Program-made: the position numbers and the translations under genes
The notes under the pieces: model-generated
Databases searched by the model: none
The model's input: the letters and a program-made list of their open reading frames with translations, nothing else
What the model was told of the DNA's origin: nothing
Shown here: piece by piece, positions 26,801-41,800 of the stretch
Numbering within the stretch: position 1 is the stretch's first letter
Layout: every line of letters starts with the position of its first letter
DNA from: Mobula hypostoma
Lineage: Eukaryota
Length of the DNA stretch: 64,000 bases
Assembly (NCBI RefSeq): GCF_963921235.1
Contig: NC_086109.1
Coordinates: forward strand, 4,466,001-4,530,000
Direction of reading: 5' to 3'

Positions 26801-29800
26801 TCGGGAAGTGTATGGTTATGCACTTTGGTAGAAGAAATTAAAGGGTTAACCATATTCTAAATGAGAAAAAAAAACTGAGGTTCAAAGAGACTTGGGAGTC
26901 CTTGTACAGGATTCCCTAAAGGTTAATTTGCAGGTTGAATCTGTGGTGAGGAAAGCAAATGCAATGTTAGCATTCATTTCAAGAGGACTAGAATATAAAA
27001 TCAAGGATGTAATATTGAGACTTTATGAAGCACTGCTGAGGCCTCACTTGGAGTATTGTGAGCAGTTTTGGGCCCCTTATCTTAGAAAGGATGTGCTGAA
27101 AGTGGAGAGGGTTCAAAGGAATTTCATGAAAATGATTGCGGGATTGAATGGCTTATCATATGAACAGCGTTTGATGGCTCTGGGCCTGTACTCACTGGAA
27201 TTCAGAAGAATACGGGTGACCTCATTGAAACCTATCAAATGGTGAAAGGCCTTGATAGAGTGGATGTGGGGAGGATGTTCCCTATGGTGGGAGAGACTAA
27301 GACCAGAGTACATACCCTCAGAATAGAGGGGTGTCCTTTTATTGCAGAGATGAGGAGAAATTTCTTTAGCCAGAGAGTAATGAATCTGTGGAAGTCGTTG
27401 CTACAGGCAGCTTGTGGAGGCCAAGTCTTTATGTACATTTAAGGCAGAGGTTGATAGATTCTTGATTGGTCAGGGCTTGAAGGGATACAGGAGAAGGCAG
27501 GAGATTGGAGCTGAGAGGAAAATTGCATCAGCCATGATGAAATGGCAGAGCAGACACGATGGGCCAAATGGCCTAATTCTGCTCCTGTATCCTATGGTCT
27601 TAAGGGTTAGCAAGTTTTGGGCATGCTCGGATGGTGCCAGAAGCATGGCAACACTTGCGAGCTGCCCACACACAATCCTTGGACTCTGTTGGTTGTTGAC
27701 GCCAATGACACATTTCACGGTATGTTTCGATGTTTAGATGTCCATCTGGCAAATAAAGCTAATCTTTATCTTTAGCACCACACAATTCAGAGGACAGAGC
27801 AATGAAGATACAAAATTGAACACTGGCATCCCTCCCCCAGCATCACTCATGGGTAGTGATTCCATAAAGGGAATATAATGCCTTTTCAATGAGAAATGCG
27901 CTGAATTTTTATTCAAACTTTTACAGTACAACAGGGTCATAATTTTCATTCTGCACATCTGTTTGCGTCCTCTAGCATGAGGGAGCTGCCTGCAACAGTG
28001 TGGGCACCTGAAGCCAGAATATGGTTACCGATTCATCAGAATCCACATTGAAACAACCAGTTAAGCAGTCACACAGTGTTGGTTTGATATGCAAGTCACT
28101 GCCTTTCTAAGACAAGGGCACTGCTGATCAAGACACACTCCATTTTCTACTCAAACCGACCTTCAACCAAGGACTTGCTGGGCCACTTCTAAAGGTGCTT
28201 CAACATAAGCAACACAATTGGTCTGGAATAACACACACACAAAATGCAGGAGAAACTCAGCAGGTCAGGCAGCATGTATGGAGTTGACATTCTGGGCCGA
28301 GACCCTTCATCAGGACTGGAAAAGGGGAAAGAAACCAAAATTTCTTGTTACACACATAAAAATTGCTGGTGAACGCAGCAGGCCAGGCAGCATCTATAGG
28401 AAGAGGTACAGTCGACGTTTCAGGTCGAGACCCTTCGTCAGGACATTCCCAAAAAAAATCAGCACACTTAACGGGTATTGAAATAAAATATTCAGCAGTC
28501 CATGGAGGAAATACTGCTAATGTCCTCATTCACTGTACAACATTCCAAGGATCCGACCTTACCTACACATGTCGGGATTTGTCCATCCCATCCATCAGCA
28601 GCACACAACAAGTAGCTCCGTCCCACCAGCTGATATCTGGACAGAGACAGGTTATTACTGATAAACTGGTATAAAAATGAGAGCCAAATATGTCAGTGTT
28701 TCAATATCTTGGCTAAGAAAAAACATAACGTTAATTTAATTCAGAATATGAACCAACACAATGGTACAGTGAAGGAAAAGTGTAGCAAGATACAAATTAA
28801 AGCAGGTTAAACTGCTCAGAAGAGATTTTTTCAGATGAGGGTTGCTGTGGAACAAAAGGGACAGTGGTGTAGAATGAGTCACTGCTCCAATTCACATATG
28901 TGTGAAGAGTCATCTCTCAGTCTTAGAAGAATGAGGAGGTTGAAACCTACCAAATATTGAAAGGTCTCGATAGAGTAGACGTAAAGAGGATGTTACCAAT
29001 AGTGTGTGAGTCTAGGATGAGAGCTCAGAATACAGGATGTTCATTTAGAACTGAAGTGAAGCTTCTTCAGCCAGAGGGTGGTGCATCTGTGGAATTCACT
29101 GCCACTGATGGCAGTGGAGGCTGAGCCATTGGGTATAAGTAAAATGGTGATTGACAGGTTCTTGGTTAGTCAGGACATCAAAGGTTATGGGGAGAAAGCA
29201 AGAGAATGAGATTGAGAGGGAAAATAAACCAGCCATGATGGAAAGGTGGCGAAGGTTTGATGGGCTGAATGGCCTAATTCTGCTCCTGTGTTCTGGTCTC
29301 TGTCATGGCCTCCGCATGATTCGAATTAACCTGGCTCTGTTTTCCTGCATTTCCTCTGGTTCCCTCCAGTGCCAGTGGCTAAGGAGAGGGATCTGTAGTC
29401 TCATTACGCATAGCTCCCAGGCACCCTTTAGAACTCGACACTCTCGGCTTGCCGATGAGAGATTGAAAATATCAAAAGGAGGAAACTGAAAGAAGCATTC
29501 TGACCAATATGATTTCTCAGCCCTTGAAGTTATGATAGGGACTGATGTGATAAATTCCAAATTTCAAATTCAAACTACATTTATTATCAAAGTGCATATA
29601 TATTGCTATGTACTACCCGGAGATTCATTTTCTTGCAGGCATTCATAGTAAGGCAAGGAAATACAAAGGAAGCAATGAAAAGCTGCACAGAAACAAAGAT
29701 TTTCAAGCAAATAATGTACAAAGGAAGACAAGCTATGCAAATAAAAATAAAAACTAATAATATATAAATAAATTTCAAAGTAAACTTATTATCAGAGGGC

Positions 29801-32800
29801 ATATATGTCACCATGTACAACTTTGGGATTCAATTTCTTGCAAGCACACTCAATAAATCCATAATAGAATAACAAACATAATAGAATCAATGAAAGACCA
29901 CACCACCTTGAGCATTCAACCAGAATGCCAGACAACAAACTGTGCAAATACAAAAATAAAGAAAGAATAATTATAAATAAATAAGCAATAAATATTGAGA
30001 ACACGAAATGAAGAGCCCTTGAAAGTGAGTTCATAGGTTGTGTGAACATTTTAGAGATGGGGCAAGTGAAATTAAGTGAAGTTATCCCCTTTGGTTCAAG
30101 AGTCTGGTGGCCGAGGGTAATAACTGTTCCTGAAGCTGGTGGTGTGAGTCCTGAGGCTCCTGAGCCTTTGTCCTGATGGCAGCAGCGAGAAGAATGTATG
30201 ACGTGGGTGGTGGGGGCCCCTGGTGAATGACGCTCTGGGCAGATGGGCTCAATGGTTGGGAGGGCTTTACCCATGACAGATTGGGCCATATCCACTACTT
30301 TTGCAAGATTTTCTATTCAAGGACATGGATGCTTCCATACCATTTACAGTCCTTCCAAAAATAAATAAACATTGAGAACATGAGTTGTAAAGTCCTTGAA
30401 AGTGAATCCATAGGTTGTGCTCAGTGGTCAGAGTTCAGTTTGCCCACCTGATATCTGCTTCACCAAATACTCACCCTGTTTTACAGGAAAAAGTAGCTCT
30501 ACTTCCAAAAGTTGTATTTGGTGCCTGAATATATCCATTCACTATTTCTCCTGGATTACTGCAGTTCCTCACTACACAGAAAAACAGGGGAAAGAGTAAA
30601 GGTGCTGCAGACACCGGGATCTCCAATAGGTTCATAAGACAATTGACAGGAAGGTATCGTTAAGAGTTTTACAACAATGACATTTTTGATATCCCACCAC
30701 TTTAACAATGAACACAGGATTCAACAGTGCAATAGTAGTGCAGTGGTTAGCACATCGGTTTACAGTACCACTGACCCGGATCAATTCCCACCACTACCTG
30801 TAAGGAGTCTGCACGTTTTCCTTGTGACCGCATGGGTTTCCCCCAGTGGCTCTGGTTTCCTCTCACAGTCCAAAGACGTACTGGGTGGTTGGTTAATTGG
30901 TCATTGTAAATTGTCCTGTGATTAAGCTGGGATTCATCTGGGGGATTGCTGGGTGGCATGACTTTAAGGGCCTATTCCACGCTGTATGTCAATCAATGAA
31001 TCAGTCAATAAATAGATATAGATAGATAGATAGATATCACAGAGTCAGCCTCTCTCCTGCCCATTCATGTTTGAAAGAAATGGTCACCACCAGCCTCCAA
31101 AATCAATGTAAAGAACTAGTACTGTGTCTCCAAGTTGTGTACTTTATAACAATGTTCAAAGTAAATCTTACCATAGTGGTCGCTAGCTGGTGCTGTATAA
31201 GCCCAAACCACATCAACAGCTCGTTACCATCAACTTCAGATACAATACTGAGTCATGTCATCTGCAGAAAATCTCTGATGACTCAGCAATAGCTGGGTGT
31301 ATAAAGGGAGGACGAGAGGATGAATACAGGGCCCTGGTGGAGGACTTTGTCAAATGGTGCAAGCTGAATCATCTGCAGCTCAACATTAGTAGGACAAAGG
31401 AGATGATGATGGACTTTAGGAAGACCAAGCCTGCACTGCTCTCTGTTACTATTGATGGTGAGGACATGGATGTGGTGAGGACCTACTAGTACCTGGGGTG
31501 CCCCTGGATGACAGACTTGAGTGGAGCACCAACACAGAGGCTGTGTACAAGAAAGGCCAGAGACTGAGAAGGGCCTCTACTTCCTGAGGGGACTGAGGTC
31601 CTTTGGAGTCTGCAGGCCTCTTCTTCAGATGCTCTACCAGTCTTTTGTTGCCAGTACAATCTTCTATGCGGTGGTGTGCTGGGTCAATGGCATCAACACG
31701 GGTGATGCCAAAAGGCTCAATAAACTGATTAGAAAGACTGGGTTTGTTATAGGAATCAAACTGGGCACACTGGAGGCTGTGGTAGAACAAAGGACCCTAT
31801 GGAAAATCCTGGCGATTCTGGACAATGTCTCTCACCCTCTGCCTGTCACCTTGGCTGAACAGAGGAGCACTTTTAGTAACAGACTAAGACAACTGTACTG
31901 CTCCAAAGAGCACTCTATGAGGTCATTCTTACCCTTGTCCATTAGGCTCTATAATGAAGTCAACCAATAGCCAAGGAAGTGATGACTCCCACTCCTGTTG
32001 GACTGTTTGTAGTAACTTATTTTTATTCTTTCTACCTCTCTTCTAATATTCACACCTGTGCACTTGTAATGCTACTGTGACACTGTCATTTTCTTTGGGA
32101 TCAATAAAATATCTATCTAGCTATCTAAATTTATTATCAAAATACATATATATCACCATACACAACCCTGAGATTCATTTTCCTACAGATATACTCAGCA
32201 AATCTACAGAATAGTAACTACAACAGAATCAATGAAAGATCAGAGTGCAGAAGACAACAAACTGTGCAAATACAAATGTAAATAAATAACAATAAAGAAT
32301 GAGATAATGAGATAAAGAGTCCTCACAATGAGATCACTGGTTGTGGGAACATTTCAATGATAGGGCAAATGAGTGCAGTTCAAGAGTCTGATGGTTGAGG
32401 GGTAGAAATTGATCTGGGGAAAAGCAACAGAACCTCTATTAAATATTCACTGTGGCAGATGGAATTTATTGCAGACATGTGCGAGGATTTGCACTTCGGT
32501 AGGACCAACCAGTAGGTCATAGTAAACGGTAGGGCACAGAGGAATGTGTAGAACAAAGGGATCTGCGCATACAGGTGCATAATTTGTTGAAAGTGGTGTC
32601 ACAGGTAGATAGGGTCATAAAGAAAGCTTTTGGCACATTGGCCACTATAAATCAATGTATTGAGTACTGAAGATGGGATGATATGTTGAAGTTTTATAAG
32701 ATGTTGGTGAGGTTTAATTTGGAGTATTGTGTGCAGTTTTGGTCACCTATCTACAGGAAAATGTAAACAAGGTTGAAAGAGTGCAGAGAAAATTTCCAAG

Positions 32801-35800
32801 CATGTTGCCAGGTCTGGAGGACCTGAGTTATAAGGAAAGATTGAATAAGTTCAGACTGTATTCTTTAGAACATAGAAGATTGAAGGGAGATTTGATACTG
32901 GTACATAAAATTATGAGGGGTATTGATCGGGTAAATGCAAGCAGGCTTTTTCCACTGAGGTTGGGTGGGACTACAACCAGAGGTCATGGGTTAAGGATGA
33001 AAGGTAGAAGTTTTAAGGGAACATGAAGGGAAATTTCTTCATTCAGAGGGCTGTGAGTGTGGAACGAGCTGCCAGCGCAAGTGGTCTATGCGAACTCGAT
33101 TTCAACATTTAAGAAAAGTTTGGATAGGTACATGGATAGTTGGGATTTGGAGGGCTACGGTTCCAGTGCAGGTTGTTGGAAGGAGGCAGTTTAAATAGTT
33201 TTGGCATGGACTAGATGTGTCGAAGGGCCTGTTTCTGTGTTGTACTTCTCCATGACTCCTTCACCATTGGTTACACTAGGCTTCAGTGGGTACAAACTGT
33301 ACAGTAACAACTTGGGAAGCATGTGAATGCACTTACTTCTTTATTTTTTATTATTTGCATAATTTGTTCTTTTTTATGCACTTTGTCGGTTTTTGTCGTG
33401 TGTAGTTTCTCGTGGATTCCATTGTCTTTCTTTGTTTTGTGACTGTCTGCAAGAAGATGAATCTCAAGATTGTATATGATATACATACCTCAATAATAAA
33501 TTTACGTTGAATTTTGAAGGTGCAGAGGCAATCCACGAGGATGTTGCTCAAGATGGAACATTTCAGTGATGAGCACCTAGTGGATAACCTGGGATTGATT
33601 TTTTGGGGGGGCAGAGGAAACTGAAAGGGGAAAAATAGACGTACAAAATCATAAGAGGTCAAGGATAGATAATAAGAAAATTAAAATTAATAGAACTATA
33701 AACTATAAAAGCTGTCATCCATTATGGACAATCTGGTACATCCTCTCCATGACCTACAAAATAAGCAACAGAGCACCTTTTCAAGCAGACTAATTCTGTC
33801 AGAAAATCTTTCCAACCAAATGTAATAAGCATACACAACAGTTCATCTCTGTGCAATAAGAGAATACAGATTATAGTACAAAAGTCTCTATTATTTTGTA
33901 CATTATTATTGCACATTGGTACATTATTATTGTGTCTATTATTATTCTGTACTTTATTATGAAGTCTGCACACTGCTAGGTGTTTTTTTAAATGTTGCTG
34001 CTGTATCAAAAGAATTTCCCACTCTGGATCAATAAAGTACTTATTATTATTACCAGAATCAGGTTTATTATCAACAGTATGTGACGTGAAATTTGTTGAC
34101 TTAGCAGCAGCAGTTCAATACAATACATAGTATAGAAGAAAAATAAATAAATTGACTACAGTATACAAATATTGTATAGATTAAAAATCGTGCAAAAAAG
34201 CAGAAATAATATATAGTAAAAAAGTGAGGTAGTGTTCAAGAGTTCAATGTCTATTTAGCAATCAGATGGCAGAGTAGAAGAAGCTGTTCCTGAATCACTG
34301 AGTGTGTGCCTTCAGGCTTCTGTACCTCCTACCTAATGGTAACAGGGAGAAAAGGGCATGCCCTGGGTGCTGGACATCCTTAGTAATGGACGCTGCCTGA
34401 GACACCACTTTTTGAAGATGTCCTTGGTACTTTGTAGGCTAGTACCCAAGATGGAGCCGACTAAATTTACGACCTTCTGCGGCTTCTTTCGGTCCTGTGC
34501 AGTAGCCTCCCCATACCAGACAGTGATGCAGCCTGTCAGAATGCTCTCCCTGGTACATCTATAGAAGTTTTTCAGTGTTTTTCTTGACATACCAAATCTC
34601 TTTAATCTCTCTAATGAAGTATAGCTGCTGTCTTGCTTCCTTTATAACTGCATCGATATGTTGAGACCAAGTTAAATCCTCAAAGATCTTGACACCCAGG
34701 AACTTGAAACTGCTCACTCTCTCCACTTCTGATCCCTCTATGAGGATTGGTATGCATTCCTTCGTCTTACCCTTCCTGAAGTCCACAATCAGCTCTTTTG
34801 TCTTACTGACGTTGAGTGCCAGGTTGTTGCTGCAACACCACTCCACTAATTGACATATCTCACTCCTGTTAGCCCTCTTGTCACCATCTGAGATTCTGCC
34901 AACAATGGTTGTATCATCAGAAAATTTATCGATGGTATTTTACCTATGCCTAGCCACACAGTCATGGGTATATACAGAGAGTAGAGCAGTGGGCTAAGCA
35001 CATACTCCTGAGGTGCACCAGTGTTGATCGTCAGTGAGGAGATGTTATCACGAAATCGCACCGATTGTGGTCTCCTGGTTAGGAAGTTGAGGATCCAATT
35101 GCAGAGGGAGGTACAGAGGGCCAGGTTCTGTAACTTCTCAATCAGGACTGTGGGAATGATGGTATTAAATGCTGAGCTATAGTCGATGAACAGCATCCTG
35201 ACATAGGTGCTTGTGTTGTCCAGGTGGTCTAAAGCCATCTTTAAGAGCTATTGAGACTGCATCTGTTGTTGACATATTGTGGTGATAGGCAAATTGCAAT
35301 GGGTCCGGGTCCTTGCTGAGGCAGGAGTTCAGTCTAGTCATGACCAACCTCTCGGTTATTATTATTGTTAATAAATGCTGGTAATCTAATGTAATGACCT
35401 GAAACATCGTCCTTCCACAGGTATAGTCAGGCCTTCTGAGTATTACAAGTATTTTCATTTTTATTTTAGACTGTACGAAATTTCTCCCCAGAGCAGAGGT
35501 TTTTAAGACCAGAGGATATGGTTTAAATGAGGAATAAGAGGTTTAGATTGGACCTGAGAAGAATATTTTCATCCAGAAAGGGGTTGAAATGCGAACACAG
35601 TGCCTGAGGTGGAAGTGAAAGCAGATAGTCTCACAAAATTTAAGAAACATTTGGATGAGCACTTCAATCGCCAAGTAGGCTACATACCAAGTGGTAAATG
35701 GGATTCAACTGGATGGGTACATGATGGCTGGTGTGGATATTTTGGGACAAAGGAACTTCTTAAACTTAACTCCTCAAACTTTTTACCTCTGTAAAAAAGT

Positions 35801-38800
35801 TTTAAGACAGAACCTCAATGGGAACACCATCACCTACACATATTAGAGGGGGCAAAATTACACCCAGACATTCAACTTCTATTTCTGGATGGGAGCCTTA
35901 GAGAAAGTCAATACAAATCTAACAATTATCCAGATGTCATATTTTACCTTTCAAAATGAAGAACAGCAAAACATAAGCAGATAGATCGAAGGCACATGGA
36001 AAATAGACTTCAGACATTTATGGTTTCAACAGATTTGAAAATAAATTGAATGCATTAATCTTTATTCACACAGTAACATGGTGGTTAGCATGTGTTACAG
36101 TACATAGTAGGGAAGTGGTGTTAGGTAAATTGAAGGGATTGAAGGCAGATAAATCCCCAGGGCCAGATGGTCTGCATCCCAGAGTGCTTAAGGAAGTGGC
36201 CCAAGAAATAGTGGATGCATTAGTGATAATTTTTCAAAACTCGTTAGATTCTGGACTAGTTCCTGAGGATTGGAGGGTGGCTAATGTAACCCCACTTTTT
36301 AAAAAAGGAGGGAGAGAGAAACCGGGGAATTATAGGCCGGTTAGCCTAACGTCGGTGGTGGGGAAACTGCTGGAGTCAGTTATCAAGGATGTGATAACAG
36401 CACATTTGGAAAGCGGTGAAATGATCGGACAAAGTCAGCATGGATTTGTGAAAGGAAAATCATGTCTGACGAATCTCATAGAATTTTTTGAGGATGTAAC
36501 TAGTAGAGTGGATAGGGGAGAACCAGTGGATGTGGTATATTTGGATTTTCAAAAGGCTTTTGACAAGGTCCCACATAGGAGATTAGTGTGCAAACTTAAA
36601 GCACACGGTATTGGGGGTAAGGTATTGGTGTGGGTGGAGAATTGGTTAGCAGACAGGAAGCAAAGAGTGGGAATAAACGGGACCTTTTCAGAATGGCAGG
36701 CGGTGACTAGTGGGGTACCGCAAGGCTCAGTGCTGGGACCCCAGTTGTTTACAATATATATTAATGACTTGGATGAGGGAATTAAATGCAGCATCTCCAA
36801 GTTTGCGGATGACACGAAGCTGGGTGGCAGTGTTAGCAGTGAGGAGGATGCTAAGAGGATGCAGGGTGACTTGGATAGGTTGGGTGAGTGGGCAAACTCA
36901 TGGCAGATGCAATTTAATGTGGATAAATGTGAAGTTATCCACTTTGGTGGCAAAAATAGGAAAACAGATTATTATCTGAATGGTGGCCGATTAGGAAAAG
37001 GGGAGGTGCAACGAGACCTGGGTGTCATTATACACCAGTCATTGAAAGTGGGCATGCAGGTACAGCAGGCGGTGAAAAAGGCGAACGGTATGCTGGCATT
37101 TATAGCGAGAGGATTTGAGTACAGGAGCAGGGAGGTACTACTGCAGTTGTACAAGGCCTTGGTGAGACCACACCTGGAGTATTGTGTGCAGTTTTGGTCC
37201 CCTAATCTGAGGAAAGACATCTTTGCCATAGAGGGAGTACAAAGAAGGTTCACCAGATTGATTCCTGGGATGGCAGGTCTTTCATATGAAGAAAGACTGG
37301 ATGAACTGGGCTTGTACTCGTTGGAATTTAGAAGATTGAGGGGGGATCTGATTGAAACGTATAAGATCCTAAAGGGATTGGACAGGCTAGATGCAGGAAG
37401 ATTGTTCCCGATGTTGGGGAGGTCTAGAACGAGGGGTCACAGTTTGAGGATAGAGGGGAAGCCTTTTAGGACCGAGGTTAGGAAAAACTTCTTCACACAG
37501 AGAGTGGTGAATCTGTGGAATTCTCTGCCACAGCAAACTGTTGAGGCCAGTTCATTAGCTATGTTTAAAAGGAAGTTAGATATGGCCCTTGTGGCTACAG
37601 GGGTCAGGGGGTATGGAGGGAAGGCTGGGTTCTGAGTTGGATGATCAGCCATGATCATAATAAATGGCGGTGCAGGCTCGAAGGGCCGAATGGCCTACTC
37701 CTGCACCTATTTTCTATGTTTCTATGTTTCTATACAACTCAGAGTACAATTCCCATCACTGCCTGTAAGGAGTTTGTACATTCTCCAGATAACCGCGTGG
37801 GCTTCCTCCAGGTGCTCCAGTTTCCTCCCACAGTCCAAAATATGTACCAGTTGGTAGATTAATTGGTCACTACAAATTGTCCTGTGATTAGGTGAGGGTT
37901 AAATTGGGGGATTGCTGGGCAGCTCGGAAGAGCTTAGTCCCTGCTGTATCTCAATAAATAAATAAAATGCATACTCACGTGTGCAGGAGGGAGGTTCTGG
38001 TACAAACGTATTGTTTTCTCTACATTCTATCACACTCTTGCCGACCATCTGAAAGCCTTCAACACAGCTATAGCTGATAGTCTCCCCATAGGAGTATGTC
38101 GGACCGAATCCTGCCTCTATCTGGCCATCTGCTATCTGCTCAGGACGATGACATTGAACAGCTACCAAAACAAATCAAAGTATCAATCTCCAGCACATAA
38201 CACTGCAGGTCAGGCAGCATCATAGAGGGAGAAAGAGTTAATGCTTCAAGGCTAGGGCCTTTCATCAGAACTGAGAAAGGGAAAAATCAAATTAATTTTT
38301 AGTAGCAGGAAATGTAGAGATGAACCTCTGGAAAATTGAAAGCATTGGTTTCCATATTTAGAATATTAGGACCAGGAGCAGGAGTAGATGTTTCAGTTCT
38401 TAGTGCCTGCTAAACTGTTCAGTAGGATCACTGATCATATTTTACCTCAGGGACACTTTCTTACACTACCCTATATCCTGATTCCTAAAATGACCCTTAA
38501 GATTTGGTATGTCACCAAAGACTAGCAAATTTCTACAGACGCATGGTACAGAGCATTCTGACTGGTTGCATCATAGCCTAGTATGGAAGCTCCAATGCAC
38601 AGGATTGCAAGAGGCTGCAGAGGGTTGTCGACTCACCAAGCTCCATCACCTGTCCTGAATTGCAGTCCCCTTAACTTGGGGCAGCTCTAGATCGGCCAGA
38701 CATACACAGTCCTTTAAAAATAAGAAGGATTTGTATGTTTGAATGAAATCACCTGACATTCTACTAAGCCTGGGAGGGAAAAGACCATTTACTTTCTGCC

Positions 38801-41800
38801 TGCTAACAGGACAAAATTGGAATCAATCTGATATCCTTTGTTACGCTCTCTCTGCCACAAATACATCCTTCCTTAATTCAGATTCAGAATCAGATTTAAT
38901 TTCACCTGCATGTCGTGAAATTTATTAACTTTACATCAGCAGTGCAATGAAATACATGAGAGATAAGTATAGAGAAAAAACTGAGTTACAGTAGTGCAAA
39001 ATAACAGAAATAAAAAAGTAGTGAGGTAGTGTTCATTGTTTCAATGTTCATTTAGAAATCCGATGGCAGAGGAAAAGATGCTATTCTTGAACCTTCAGAC
39101 TTCCGTATCTCCTTCCTGATGGTAACAGTGTGAAAAGGGCCTGTCCTGGGTGGTAGGGATCCTTAATGGTGGACACCTCCTTCCTAAGGCACCGCTCCTT
39201 GAAGATGACTTGGATATTACGGAGGCTGGTACCCATGATAGACTTGACTAACCTTACAAGTTTCTGCAACTTATTTCAATCTTGTGCAGTAGCTCCTCCT
39301 GCCCCCCCCCCATACCAGATGGTGATGCCGCCAGTCAGAATGCTCTCCACAGTACAATCGTAGAAGTCTTCCAGTGTTTTAGTTGACAAACCAAGTCTCC
39401 TCAAGCTCCTAATGAAATATAGCCGCTGTCTTGCCTTCTTTATAGCTGCATCGATATGTTGGGACCAGGTGAGATCCTCAGAGATCTTGACACCCAGGAA
39501 CTTGAAACTGCTCACTCCCTCCACTTCTGACTCCTCTATGAGGATTGGTCGTGTTGCCTCGTCTTACCCTTTTGGAAGTCCACAATCAGCTCTTTGGTCT
39601 TGCTGATTGTGAGTGCAAGGTTGTTGCTGCGACACCACTCAACTAAATGGTATATCTCACTTCTGTACGCCCTCTCGACACCATCTGAAATTCTGTCAAC
39701 GGTTGTATCATCAGCAATGTTACAGACGTTGTTTGAGCTATGCCTAGCCACACAGTCATGGGAGTACAGAGAATAGAGCAGTGTGCTAAGCACACATCCC
39801 AGAGGTGGGCCAGTGTTAATCATCAGCAAGGTGGAGATGTTATTTCCAATCTGTACGGATTGTGATCTTCCAGTTAGGAAGTTGCGGATCCAGTTGCAGG
39901 GGGAGGTACAGGAGGCCTAGGTTATCTAGCTTTTTGATCAGGTCTGCAGGAATGATGGTGTTAAATGCTGATCTATAGTCAATAAACATCCTGACATAGG
40001 TATTTATTTTCTCTAGGTGATCCAAGGCTGCGTAAAATTGTGGCGATAGACGAACTGCAGTGGGTCCAGGTCCTTCCTGAGACAGGTGTTCTTTCAAGGA
40101 GTGGTTGGTCATGACTCTTATGGAGAGAAGACATGGACAATATTCCAAATAAATTTGCACCATGGTGTTGGAACTGGTTTATTATTGTTATATGTACCAA
40201 GATACAGTGAAAGGTTTTGGTTGTATGCCATCCAGACAGATCATTTCATACAGAACCATACTGACAGTGAACAGAATGCAAAATATAATGTTGTAGAATA
40301 CAGTCTGGTTCTATATATTTCCCATAAGACATCTTTGCTCTTCCAGTCAGATCCTTTTATCAGAAAGGCCTTACTAAATGATTTACACGATTTGCCTTAC
40401 TAAATGTTTATAGGACTTGCATGCTAACTTTCTGTGAATCACGTACAAGGACACCACCCATGTTCACCTGAATAATGAAACCTTTCAATCCCCCACCATT
40501 TACAAAGATAAAACTTCTCCTTTTGATTCATAAGACCAACACAGAATTAGGTCGTTTGGCCCCAAACCGCTCACAATACTCCAAATGTGGTCTAACCAAT
40601 GCCTTAAAAAGTCTCGGTATTACACCCTTGTTTTCATATTCTAGTCCCCTTGAAATAAAAGCTAAAATTGTATTTGCCTTCCTTACTACCGGCTCAACCT
40701 ACAAGTTAATCTTTAAGTCCCAAGTCCCTTTGCACTTCCGATTTCTGAAATTGCTCCCCATTTAGAAAATAATCTACGCCTTTTTTCCTTCTACCGAAGT
40801 GCATGACCATATGCTTCTCTACAGTGTATTCTATCTGCACTTCACTCATTCCCTTAATCTGTCCTTCTGCACACTCTCTGCTTCATCAACACTACTTGCC
40901 CTTCCACCTCTCTGTGTATTGTCTGCAAACTTGGCCACAATGCCATCAGCTTCATCGTCCAGGTCATTAACACACACTCAGTTGCCACACTATAAGGTAT
41001 CTCTTGTAGCTGCTTCAGCTGTCGTAGCCCATGCACTTCAAGGTTCAACGTGTTGTGATTTCAGAGATGCTCTTCTGCACACCACTGTTGAAATGTCTGG
41101 TTATTCGATTTACTATCACCTCCCTGTCAGCTTACACCAGTCGGGCCCTTCTCCTCTGATCTCTCATTAACAGGTGCTTTCGCCCACAGAACTGCAGCTC
41201 ACTGGATTTTTTTTTTGTTTTGTGTTTCACACCGTTCCCTGTAAACTCAGAAGACTGTTGTGCATGAAAATTCCAGAAGATCAGCAGTTTCTGAGATACT
41301 CAAACCACCCCATCTAGCACTAACAATTATTCCATGGTCAAAGTTGCTTAGATCACATTTCTTCCCCATTCTGATGTTTGGTCTGATTAACAACTGAACC
41401 TCTTGACCATGTATGCATGCTTTTATGCACTGAGTTGCTGCCACATAATTGGCTAAATAGATATTTGCATTAACAAGTATGTGTACAGGTGTATCTAATA
41501 AAGTGGCGACTGAGTGTATATCTAACATTCCTCACCCATTCACTCAATATATCTGCATCCTCCTCAAAATGCACACTGCAGCCAGCTTTGCACCCTCACC
41601 AAGCCTTCAAACATTAGCACAATTAAGACCATAAGACATAGGAGCAGAAGTAGGCCATTTGCACCATTCAGTCTGCTTCTCCATTCCATCATGGCTGATT
41701 TATTATCCTGCTCATCCCCATTCTCCTGCCTTCTCTTGGCTCCATCATTCAAATCAACTGAATAACTGAAGCCAGCACTGATCCCTGAGGCACCAACGGG

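Noticed and set aside
36046..37635. 529-aa ORF as a host gene
   Set aside because: It is 5'-truncated CR1 ORF2 lacking the endonuclease; the first 20 or so residues are flank and SINE sequence without a real ATG.
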